DNA from: Candidatus Nanosynbacter sp. BB002
Lineage (GTDB): Bacteria > Patescibacteriota > Saccharimonadia > Saccharimonadales > Saccharimonadaceae
Assembly: GCF_037013405.1 (NCBI RefSeq)
Contig: NZ_CP146064.1
Location: 30,001 to 62,000, forward strand
Direction: 5' to 3'
Length of the DNA: 32,000 bases
Below are positions 16,474 through 24,037 of this stretch, piece by piece. Within the stretch, counting starts at the first letter, position 1, and every line of letters starts with the position of its first letter. The translations under genes and the position numbers were made by a program. The notes under the pieces were generated by a model. The model was not told where the DNA came from and ran no database searches. It was given only the letters and a program-made list of their open reading frames with translations.

Positions 16474-16908
16474 ATGGCGGAGAAAAAAGTAGCCAAGAAA
16501 GCGGCAGTCAAAAAAACGACGACCAAGAAGTCAATTATTAAAAAACCAAGCGTAGCGGCGTTAAAAGAAAAAGCAGGCGTGGTAAAAAGCCATGGCGGCG
16601 GCTTTATGATGTTTATTCGTGAGCAGGGTGTCGTTGGTCTAGCTGTCGGTTTGGCGATCGGTACTGCGGCTGGTGATACCGTGAAAAAGTTGGTGACAGC
16701 ATTCATCGACCCGCTTGTACAGTTGATCGTTGGTTCGCAACAAGGTCTCCAGGCAGCATCATTTACTGTTGAGATCGCTGGACGTCGGGGTGAATTTTTG
16801 TACGGAGCATTTATCAGCTCATTGATCACCTTGCTGGCGGTTGCCTTTGTAGTCTATGCAATTGTCCATTTTTTGAAACTTGATAAATTAGACAAGAAAA
16901 AAGACTAA
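16474..16908 (+). CDS. mscL: Large-conductance mechanosensitive channel MscL with a lysine-rich N-terminal extension
   Basis: The MscL core is FIREQGVVGLAVGLAIGTAAGDTVKKLVTAFIDPLV plus a second TM segment. It is preceded by about 43 aa of K/A/T-rich sequence. SD AAAGGAG. Confidence 0.85.
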   Translation: MAEKKVAKKAAVKKTTTKKSIIKKPSVAALKEKAGVVKSHGGGFMMFIREQGVVGLAVGLAIGTAAGDTVKKLVTAFIDPLVQLIVGSQQGLQAASFTVEIAGRRGEFLYGAFISSLITLLAVAFVVYAIVHFLKLDKLDKKKD

Positions 16909-16971
16909 AACGCTTACGTTTGCCATTTTGCGCTCTCCTATCTACAATGTGAGTATAAAGGAGAGTGTAGT

Positions 16972-19518
16972 GTGAAAGATGGAGTCCGGAGGGCGGGTTA
17001 TTTACATAGGTCGAAAGAACCGAGTAGTAGCCATTTGTTAAGTCAGAATATTGAAGGTCCTCGACGGTCGCCATATAACTATGGCGAGTCTCCCGAGCAG
17101 AGAAGACAGCGCCTCGAAGAATTGCGAAAACAGCACGGGAAGTTACCGGAAACTCCTTTTGCTAACTACGATCTTGGTGACAAAACATTGCCTGCGTATA
17201 AGCACAAAGCAGAGATATTAGATACACTCTCAGAGAACAAAATATCTTGGTTATGTGGACCGACGGGTAGTGGTAAAACGACACAAACCGCTCAGTATGC
17301 ACTGGAGCGGTTTGATCGTGTTGTGGTGTTGATGCCGCGACGGGTGATTGTTGATAATGTTACTGAATATGTCGAGCAGAATTTACGTGAACAGCTGGGC
17401 AAACAATATCCTGATCATTTGGTAGGAAAAATTCATGGACGCGCCACGGAAGCAATGCCAGATACTAGACTTTGTTTCATGACGGCAGCAACGTTTACAA
17501 AGAAATTGGAACAATTTTCTCGTGATTGGCATGGTGAGAAAACGCTGGTGTTGGTTGATGAAATACATGAAGCCAATTTGGAGATGGAATTTGCTACGGC
17601 CCTGGCGGCAAAATCGATAGAGAATACCGACAAATGGCATATGGCTTTTTCCAGTGCGACGCCTGACACGGAAGTTTCTCAGGCGATGTACGAAGATATT
17701 AATGGATCAGCATTGCCAGTCGTAACCATCGAGGGTCGGCCGTATGATATCGACATTACAGAAGATAACGTGGGGACCGTATCTGAAGCGTATCTTGAAT
17801 ATGGTAAGGACTCGAAAAAAGCACTGGTCTTTGTTGAAGGGGTGAGAAGTATTGAGGAAACTATTGCGTCAATCAAACGTCACACCCGCCATCAACCTAA
17901 GAGGATACGATTTTTTAAATTACACTCTGGCATATCAGAGGCTGCGCGCCGAGAGATTTTTACTGCCAAACCAGCAGAAGACGAGTCGTTTGTCATCGTT
18001 TCGACCTCGGCTGGACAGTCTGGCATCACCATCCCTGAGGTCGATTTGGTGTTGTCAAATGGACTGACGAAGAGTAAAGAAATCGGCGAAGAGGGTGCGG
18101 AAGGATTGCCACCTCGATTGTGTACCCAGGCAGAGTTGATGCAACAGGCGGGGCGTGGTGGCCGTGATATTGACGGTGCAAAGTTTGTGCTGGCGCGGCC
18201 AATTTCTTACGGCAAGATTTATCTACCAGAGGAGCTGAAAGGATTTTACGACATCAAGTCCCGTGAACAGCACATCCCACCGGAGATATATCACACCAAT
18301 ATCGTGCGTAACGTCTTGTCGGCTATCAATTTGAACGGTGATTTTGAAGACTTGAACCGGTACTTGATGCATCCTGTTGCTAGTAAAAAAGTTATTCAAG
18401 AGTCGTACGATTTGTTGGAAACATTGGAGGCGATTGATGAAGAAGGGCAGATTACAAAAATTGGTGAATTTATGGATAATCTACCATTGTCACCAGAATT
18501 ATCTCGAGCATTAGCAGAAATGATTAAACGTGGAGGAAGCTTGCGTGAAGTGTTGGCGCTGTCAGCGATGGCGGCTTCTATCTCTGGTGGTGGCTTTGCT
18601 GCCTGGCACCAACCAAAGGAACTATTCCAGGAATTTGTCAGCCCCGATACAACAGATGACTTTTTTGCCGAATACGATGCTTTTTTGAAAACCAGAGAGA
18701 TCTACAACGGTCATCACACTGATGGTCGTGCTTATCTGGCAAATGGTATTGACCCAAATAAGGCAGATAATATTCACTATCAATTTAACAAAATATGTCG
18801 GCGTCTGGAGGTTAATCCATATGACGTCGATATGGGTGAACTGAACAGTGAAGAAAAACATAATATATCAGTGGCCCTGCTGCGGGGATTTCAAGAGTTG
18901 TTGTATGCCAAGGTTGGTAGTCGACGTATTGGTCGAACAACAGTTAACCAATACAGAAATGTTCATACTGGCGAACGTGGTATTTCTGAGTACGAAATTA
19001 GTTCGTATAGTTTAGCGCGGCGTATGGGGATGGAGGCGCTGAAGTTGGTAGTAGCCTTTCCGTGGTGGTATGACGCGCATGATGGTCGTCGACATACGCT
19101 CAATACAATTTTGCCGGTGACGAAGGATCAAATCACGCAAGCCCTGAGCGACAGTGCCGTGCCTGAGTTCCTTGGTGACCGGGTGGCTCCGAATGGCGAT
19201 TTGGTTCATGTGGCGCAGCCGAAAGTTGGCTCACTAGTGATCGGTCCAGAACAGCAGCAAAAAATCCCCGCTACGACAGATAAACAAATCGCGCTGATAG
19301 TGGACACGATGAAAAACAGGGCCAATAAACAAGTAAGAGTATTGTTTGATTTACAACATCAGCGAGTTATTACTAAGGGTCAATTGCGTCAGGTCCTAGA
19401 CGGGTCTGCGGTAAATAGTCACAATGTCCATGAAGCGGAGGCTAAGGTTTGGGCTGTGGTGCAAGAGGTATTAACGAGCGAACAGCAAGAAGCTTTTTAT
19501 GGTCAGGTAAATAGATAA
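16972..19518 (+). CDS. DEAH-box (HrpA/HrpB-like) ATP-dependent helicase
   Basis: Motifs GPTGSGKTTQ (I), DEIHE (II), SAT (III) and QQAGRGGR (VI) are present, as is an HA2-like segment (LETLEAIDEEGQITKIGEFMDNLPLSPELSRAL). GTG start with AAAGGAGAG SD. Confidence 0.85.
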   Translation: MKDGVRRAGYLHRSKEPSSSHLLSQNIEGPRRSPYNYGESPEQRRQRLEELRKQHGKLPETPFANYDLGDKTLPAYKHKAEILDTLSENKISWLCGPTGSGKTTQTAQYALERFDRVVVLMPRRVIVDNVTEYVEQNLREQLGKQYPDHLVGKIHGRATEAMPDTRLCFMTAATFTKKLEQFSRDWHGEKTLVLVDEIHEANLEMEFATALAAKSIENTDKWHMAFSSATPDTEVSQAMYEDINGSALPVVTIEGRPYDIDITEDNVGTVSEAYLEYGKDSKKALVFVEGVRSIEETIASIKRHTRHQPKRIRFFKLHSGISEAARREIFTAKPAEDESFVIVSTSAGQSGITIPEVDLVLSNGLTKSKEIGEEGAEGLPPRLCTQAELMQQAGRGGRDIDGAKFVLARPISYGKIYLPEELKGFYDIKSREQHIPPEIYHTNIVRNVLSAINLNGDFEDLNRYLMHPVASKKVIQESYDLLETLEAIDEEGQITKIGEFMDNLPLSPELSRALAEMIKRGGSLREVLALSAMAASISGGGFAAWHQPKELFQEFVSPDTTDDFFAEYDAFLKTREIYNGHHTDGRAYLANGIDPNKADNIHYQFNKICRRLEVNPYDVDMGELNSEEKHNISVALLRGFQELLYAKVGSRRIGRTTVNQYRNVHTGERGISEYEISSYSLARRMGMEALKLVVAFPWWYDAHDGRRHTLNTILPVTKDQITQALSDSAVPEFLGDRVAPNGDLVHVAQPKVGSLVIGPEQQQKIPATTDKQIALIVDTMKNRANKQVRVLFDLQHQRVITKGQLRQVLDGSAVNSHNVHEAEAKVWAVVQEVLTSEQQEAFYGQVNR

Positions 19519-19537
19519 CGAGTGTATAATAGGTAGT

Positions 19538-19626
19538 ATGAGTAAGACAAAAAATATTATGGATCGACCTGGAGATGACTGGACTAGATCCAGTGCGTGA
19601 TGAGATTTTGGAAGTGGCGCCGATCG
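19538..19626 (+). pseudogene. Relic 5' fragment of orn (start codon plus about 30 codons, frame-disrupted)
   Basis: It aligns to the orn 5' end at 20763-20862. The A8 run is shortened to A6 and 9 nt are missing, so ATG 19538 is out of frame with the conserved LWIDLEMTGLDPVRDEILEVA part. Homology stops at 19626. Confidence 0.8.
19557..19626 (+). repeat. Direct repeat, left copy (67/70 identical to 20793-20862)
   Basis: Base-by-base alignment with a 1236-nt offset. The perfect 54-bp core is 19566-19619. Mismatches fall at 19565, 19620 and 19622. Confidence 0.95.
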
Positions 19627-19633
19627 TATTTAT

Positions 19634-19662
19634 TTGACTTTTTAAATGATTTATGCTAAAAT
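19634..19662 (+). promoter_or_regulatory. Promoter of the nucleotidyltransferase cassette gene
   Basis: TTGACT (19634-19639), 17-nt spacer, TGcTAAAAT (-10 at 19657-19662). It begins 8 nt after the end of the left repeat. Confidence 0.65.
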
Positions 19663-19711
19663 ATTGTACGTGGAAAAAGTAAGCCCGAACCCGAGCGATA
19701 TAGAGGCTAAG

Positions 19712-20755
19712 ATGCATCAGCCTCGTGTTCTGCAAATGCTTGATAGTGGTGAACATTATGCGGATTTAGGAGGGGAGAGCCTTCAATTAAAAGACTGTGA
19801 TTGTGAGCAACTCGGTAACCCGGAAGCTCGCTGCAATGAAATATATGAATATGAGTTGCCTGCCGATGCTATTGAGCGGGCTAATTTGGGTTTTGATTTA
19901 GATGAACTACCGTCATTTATTGGTGTAAAGGGCGGGGCGGCTCGCCAGGTTTTGGAGGCATTAGTACACAGTGACCGTCAGTTACCACCTCCTCGCGATG
20001 TCGATTTGGTAATTTTAGAAGAAGTTATTGCTAGCGGCGATTATGATCCAGATGAGATTTGGGCGGTAGCGAGCAATCTTTCAATGCGCTTTTCGCCGCG
20101 TGATGCAATGAATGGCTATGGTGCGGAGCCTGTGCATTCTACCGCTGAGTTTATGAGGCAGCATGATTTTACAATCAATCAAGTGCTTATACACAAGGAC
20201 GGTGACACTTGGAGGCTGTTGGCCAGTACTCAAGCAGTGTTGGATACTGCCGAGCACGTTATCAGGCCAACGGTATTTGAGCACGATCCTGATAATAGCT
20301 ATCGTATTGGTAACAAATTAGCCCTCAAGGCTGTGCGCCTTCTTTCAGATATGCAAGTTCAAGGAATTGACGATGTAAGTATTAAAAGCGTTCAGCTGCC
20401 AGATGATACTTATGGCGATCCAAGAGACGATTATTTCATGCAAACGTTGCAACTAGATAAGGCTTTAGAGGTCAGCGACGAATTAGCTGAACGCTATGTA
20501 GAAAATCTGAGGTCCTACCGGATGCTGCCATATGGTTGTGAAGACATGAGCGCTGCTGAATTATACTATGAGTTAGTCAATCGGACAAATTTTGTTCCCT
20601 CTGACGGCAACGCATCTGGTGTTTTTCTGACTGAAAGAGAAAATCGTCTGGAGCTTGGTAGTGTAGCAAAATTTAATGACGCTGTTGAACGGTTGCTGCA
20701 GCAGGTGCCAGAGCAGTTTTCTCGTGACTATTACGACTCTAAAAAAGTAGTATAA
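19712..20755 (+). CDS. Divergent class-II nucleotidyltransferase (CCA-adding enzyme / poly(A) polymerase family head and neck domains)
   Basis: KGGAARQVL...RDVDLVI corresponds to the GGxVRD...DxD motif. HDFTINQV corresponds to RRDFTINA. VIRPT..FEHDP...ALKAVRL corresponds to LRtv..F.EDPLR.LRA.RF. Start is set at ATG 19712 (GAGG SD 5 nt upstream) because the ORF-track start 19646 lies inside the promoter. Confidence 0.7.
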   Translation: MHQPRVLQMLDSGEHYADLGGESLQLKDCDCEQLGNPEARCNEIYEYELPADAIERANLGFDLDELPSFIGVKGGAARQVLEALVHSDRQLPPPRDVDLVILEEVIASGDYDPDEIWAVASNLSMRFSPRDAMNGYGAEPVHSTAEFMRQHDFTINQVLIHKDGDTWRLLASTQAVLDTAEHVIRPTVFEHDPDNSYRIGNKLALKAVRLLSDMQVQGIDDVSIKSVQLPDDTYGDPRDDYFMQTLQLDKALEVSDELAERYVENLRSYRMLPYGCEDMSAAELYYELVNRTNFVPSDGNASGVFLTERENRLELGSVAKFNDAVERLLQQVPEQFSRDYYDSKKVV

Positions 20756-20756
20756 T
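20751..20756 (+). promoter_or_regulatory. TATAAT box 6 nt before the orn ATG (predicted leaderless), overlapping the upstream gene's stop codon
   Basis: The sequence reads TAG TATAAT AAAGAT ATG (20748-20765). Confidence 0.45.
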
Positions 20757-20762
20757 AAAGAT

Positions 20763-21314
20763 ATGAAAGTAACTTTTAAGCCAAAAAAAATTTTATGGAT
20801 TGACCTGGAGATGACTGGACTAGATCCAGTGCGTGATGAGATTTTGGAAGTGGCGGCAATCGCTACGGATTGGGATTTTACGGAAATTGCGACCTATGAG
20901 GGTGTGGTGCGACATGATCCGGAGAAGTTGGGTAAGCTACTGGACCGAAATGCTAGCTTTTGGGACCAGCATCCAGCAGCGCGGCGCGGTTTGGAGGAGC
21001 AAAATATGTCTGGTAAGCCGCTAGCCGAGGTGGAGCGTGAGTTGTTGGCATTTTGCGATGAGCATTTTGCAGATGAGCCACGGATTTTGCTTGGTGGTAA
21101 TTCAATCCACCAGGATCGGCGGTTTATTGATCAGTGGTGGTCAATGTTGTCAAAAAGACTACATTATCGGATGTTGGATGTCAGCGCTTGGAAAGTGGTG
21201 TTTGAGGGTAAATATGGTAAGAAATTTGCCAAGCCAGAGGATCATCGGGCGCTGGAGGATATTCGCGGCAGTATCATGGAACTTAAGTATTATTTAAAGA
21301 AGGTGAAACCATGA
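20763..21314 (+). CDS. orn: Oligoribonuclease (DEDDh 3'-5' exoribonuclease)
   Basis: LWIDLEMTGLDP, GNSIHQDRRF, YRMLDVS and HRALEDIRGSI align along the full length with E. coli Orn. Confidence 0.9.
   Translation: MKVTFKPKKILWIDLEMTGLDPVRDEILEVAAIATDWDFTEIATYEGVVRHDPEKLGKLLDRNASFWDQHPAARRGLEEQNMSGKPLAEVERELLAFCDEHFADEPRILLGGNSIHQDRRFIDQWWSMLSKRLHYRMLDVSAWKVVFEGKYGKKFAKPEDHRALEDIRGSIMELKYYLKKVKP
20793..20862 (+). repeat. Direct repeat, right copy (inside the functional orn 5' coding region)
   Basis: See the left copy. The perfect core is 20802-20855. Confidence 0.95.
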
Positions 21315-21676
21315 CCCATAAACAATTTGAAGAGTTTATCCTGAGTTTGCCAGGTGTGTGGCTGGACTATCCGTTTGGTGAGGATATCGCGGTATATAAA
21401 TTTGGCAAGAGTAATGATGGTGCAGGGAAAATGGTGGCATTGGTGGCGGAAGGCTCAAAGCCACTCAGGGTGAGTTTGAAATGTGACCCATTGCTGGCGC
21501 AGAATTTGCGGGAAAAATACGAAACGGTACTACCGGGCTATCATTTGAACAAAAAGCACTGGAACACCATCATCTGTTCGGGGCAGTTGAGTGATGAAGA
21601 AATTTTTGATTTGGCGCGGCTGAGCTGGCAGTTGGTTAGCGGTATTACACCGGAGAGCTCTCGAGACGCTTCTTGA
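21311..21676 (+). CDS. MmcQ/YjbR-family protein
   Basis: The 121-aa sequence PGVWLDYPFGEDIAVYKFG...KCDP.....LREKY..V.PGYHLNKKHWNTI is typical YjbR. An ATGA overlap couples it to orn. Confidence 0.6.
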   Translation: MTHKQFEEFILSLPGVWLDYPFGEDIAVYKFGKSNDGAGKMVALVAEGSKPLRVSLKCDPLLAQNLREKYETVLPGYHLNKKHWNTIICSGQLSDEEIFDLARLSWQLVSGITPESSRDAS

Positions 21677-22247
21677 TGGAAGTGATGTCTGACTGTGTTT
21701 TTTCTAAGAATTCTTTGACGTCAGATTTTTTGGCTTTTTTTGACAAGCTGGATAATTCTGAACTAAGCAGCTCAAGTTGATAGGCCATCTCCCTGGTGTA
21801 GACAGCATCGAGCTGGTCGTTTAAAAAGGCATCATCTAGCTTTTCATTGAGCTTTACCTCAAAGTCCGGCACCTTGAGAGCTTTGTTAATATCCAGTTTT
21901 TCTGACTGAGCGATTGGTGTTGCCTTATTGACGGCGGTGGTTAATATTGCATCAAGGGAGCTGTTAATGTCAGTGACCGTGCTATTTTTTAGACGCTTTT
22001 TCTGTAGTTCAGTGACTGTTTGTAGGCGGGCAACCCTCATGATGGCGTTAGAAACCGTTGGACCAGAACCTGACTGACTGGCCGCCCAAATGAAGCCAAG
22101 ACTGAGCACACCAACCAGTGCAATGATGATAATGATGATTTTGGTTTTCTTATCAAATCCAGCTGGCTCTGGTGGAGCAGCGATTTGATTGAGATAATCA
22201 ATACCAGATGGTGTTGGTGGTTGAGAATATGGATCATTTGGATACAT
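21645..22247 (-). CDS. Hypothetical single-pass membrane protein (200 aa)
   Basis: It has a Pro-rich N-terminus, one TM segment (IIIIIIALVGVLSLGFIWAA) and a helical ectodomain. Start is set at ATG 22247, preceded by TGC TTAAAT AGTACT. Its 3' end overlaps the convergent yjbR-like gene by 32 nt. Confidence 0.55.
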   Translation of the reverse strand: MYPNDPYSQPPTPSGIDYLNQIAAPPEPAGFDKKTKIIIIIIALVGVLSLGFIWAASQSGSGPTVSNAIMRVARLQTVTELQKKRLKNSTVTDINSSLDAILTTAVNKATPIAQSEKLDINKALKVPDFEVKLNEKLDDAFLNDQLDAVYTREMAYQLELLSSELSSLSKKAKKSDVKEFLEKTQSDITSIKKRLESSPV

Positions 22248-22253
22248 AGTACT

Positions 22254-22262
22254 ATTTAAGCA
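22254..22262 (-). promoter_or_regulatory. Extended -10-like box (TGC TTAAAT) 6 nt before ATG 22247
   Basis: The minus strand reads TGC TTAAAT AGTACT ATG. Confidence 0.35.
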
Positions 22263-22285
22263 TAAACACGAACAGAGGTAAAGGG

Positions 22286-22294
22286 TGATATAAT
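22286..22294 (+). promoter_or_regulatory. Extended -10 promoter (TGA TATAAT) 6 nt before the dnaG ATG; predicted leaderless
   Basis: The sequence reads TGA TATAAT AAAGAC ATG (22286-22303). Confidence 0.5.
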
Positions 22295-22300
22295 AAAGAC

Positions 22301-24037
22301 ATGCAAGATGCCAAAGAAGAAGTGCGGGCACGACTGAATATTGAGGACGTGATTGGTGAGTATGTTCAGCTGAAGCGGGCAGGTCGTAACATGAAGGGAC
22401 TTAGTCCGTTTACCGACGAGCGAACGCCAAGTTTTATGGTTAGTCCAGAAAAGCAGATTTGGCATGATTTTTCGTCAGGCAAGGGCGGTGATGTATTTTC
22501 ATTTGTGATGCTGGTGGAGGGGATGGATTTTCGCCAGGCGTTGGAACATTTGGCGCGTAAGGCGGGTGTGGATTTGAGTTTGTTCTCTCGCGGTGATGGG
22601 AGAACTGCCAAGCGGCGAGCACGAGCGGCTGAAGCATTGGAGCTAGCGGCAAAATTCTTCCAACAATCACTACTGCGTACACCCAAAGCCCTGGAGTACG
22701 TCGTCAAAAAACGTGGTCTGACTCGACAAACGATTCAGGATTTTATGGTTGGGTTTGCGCCAGATGACGGTTCATCGTTGGTAACGGCACTCACCAAGCG
22801 GGGCTTTTCAAAACAAGAATTAGCCGATGCTGGTTTAACGAATAGATTTGGTGGTGATTTGTACCGTGGTCGGATGGTGGTGGCACTTATGGATGCGACT
22901 GGCAGAGTAGTTGGGTTTACTGGCCGGATCATTCATGATGAGGCAAATGCCCCAAAATATTTGAACACGCCGCAAACACTTCTGTTTGATAAATCACGGC
23001 ACATCTTTGGTTTGTCTCAGGCTAAAGAGGCGATTCGAAAATCAGACGAAGTGGTAATCGTTGAGGGTAATTTGGATGTAGTGAGTAGTCATCAGGCAGG
23101 GGTGCGGCAGGTTGTCGCCACGGCTGGAACAGCTATCACTGAACAGCACCTCAAGGCCTTGAGTAGGCTGGCTAGTAGAATTAAATTAGCGTTTGATGGT
23201 GATAGAGCGGGTTTAAATGCGACTGAACGGGCTATCAAACTATCACAAACCATTGGTGTGGAGCTGGAAGTTGTTAGCTTACCAGAGGGTAGTAAGGATC
23301 CGGATGAATTGATCAAACTACATGGCGTGAAGCAATGGGAACTGGCTATCACTAACGCTGTACCTGCCGTAGCGTGGGTGATACAACAATACTCGCAGCG
23401 AGAAAATGTCAGGATTGCTGAGGGAAAACGACGCTTTTCAACTGCATCGCTGAACTTGATTCGCAGCTTGCATGATCCAGTAGAACAAGAGCATTATTTG
23501 CAGATGGTGGCTGAGAAAACAGGGGCAAGTATAGAGGCTCTTACAGCAAAGATGTCTGGCATCACAACAAACAAAACGGTTCTCCGCCACCCAAAAGTTA
23601 AGAAAACAGCACCACAAAAACCATCAGATGAGACGCTCGATATGCTACTAGGGCTTGCAGTGCAAGAGCCGGGAGTGAGGCGTTGGCTGGCGTCGGTGCC
23701 AGAAGAAATTACGGACAATGTAAATACTCGAGAACTGTTGAAGTATCTCACCCAAAACCCCAATGCAGCACTGGATCCGATGCCCGAAACCTTGAAAAAT
23801 ATTGAAGAGTATGTAAAGATAGTACAGTTGAAATTCGACACTCGTTATGCCGACTGGGATAAAGACGATTTACCAGGTGAGATGGCACGATTGGTCAAAC
23901 ATGTAATATCCAAACACCGTGAAAACAAAATACAACAATTAATGAGTAATTTGCGTGATGCTGAAACTGCAAACAATGAGTCGTTGGCTCACGATCTGCG
24001 ACATCAGCTGAACGCACTAATTAAGGAGAAAGCGTGA
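22301..24037 (+). CDS. dnaG: DNA primase DnaG (zinc-binding-domain ligands all substituted)
   Basis: The N-terminus aligns with the DnaG zinc-binding domain ([36 protein letters not shown]). The TOPRIM motif is [11 protein letters not shown]. Confidence 0.92.
   Translation: MQDAKEEVRARLNIEDVIGEYVQLKRAGRNMKGLSPFTDERTPSFMVSPEKQIWHDFSSGKGGDVFSFVMLVEGMDFRQALEHLARKAGVDLSLFSRGDGRTAKRRARAAEALELAAKFFQQSLLRTPKALEYVVKKRGLTRQTIQDFMVGFAPDDGSSLVTALTKRGFSKQELADAGLTNRFGGDLYRGRMVVALMDATGRVVGFTGRIIHDEANAPKYLNTPQTLLFDKSRHIFGLSQAKEAIRKSDEVVIVEGNLDVVSSHQAGVRQVVATAGTAITEQHLKALSRLASRIKLAFDGDRAGLNATERAIKLSQTIGVELEVVSLPEGSKDPDELIKLHGVKQWELAITNAVPAVAWVIQQYSQRENVRIAEGKRRFSTASLNLIRSLHDPVEQEHYLQMVAEKTGASIEALTAKMSGITTNKTVLRHPKVKKTAPQKPSDETLDMLLGLAVQEPGVRRWLASVPEEITDNVNTRELLKYLTQNPNAALDPMPETLKNIEEYVKIVQLKFDTRYADWDKDDLPGEMARLVKHVISKHRENKIQQLMSNLRDAETANNESLAHDLRHQLNALIKEKA

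Noticed and set aside
19511-19522. The 12-mer ATAGATAACGAG, repeated at 29353-29364.
   Set aside because: A single short exact match of this length is expected by chance in a 32-kb window on two strands. There is no flanking similarity.
19646-19711. The ORF-track start (ATG 19646) of the 369-aa nucleotidyltransferase ORF.
   Set aside because: This ATG sits between the -35 and -10 of the best promoter (19634-19662), so it would not be transcribed. ATG 19712 has a GAGG SD at proper spacing.
22248-22331. A 28-codon N-terminal extension of the membrane-protein ORF that overlaps the dnaG promoter and start.
   Set aside because: The extension is a Cys/Leu-rich nonsense-like sequence overlapping the divergent dnaG promoter. 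The internal ATG 22247 carries the recurrent -10-N6-ATG signature.
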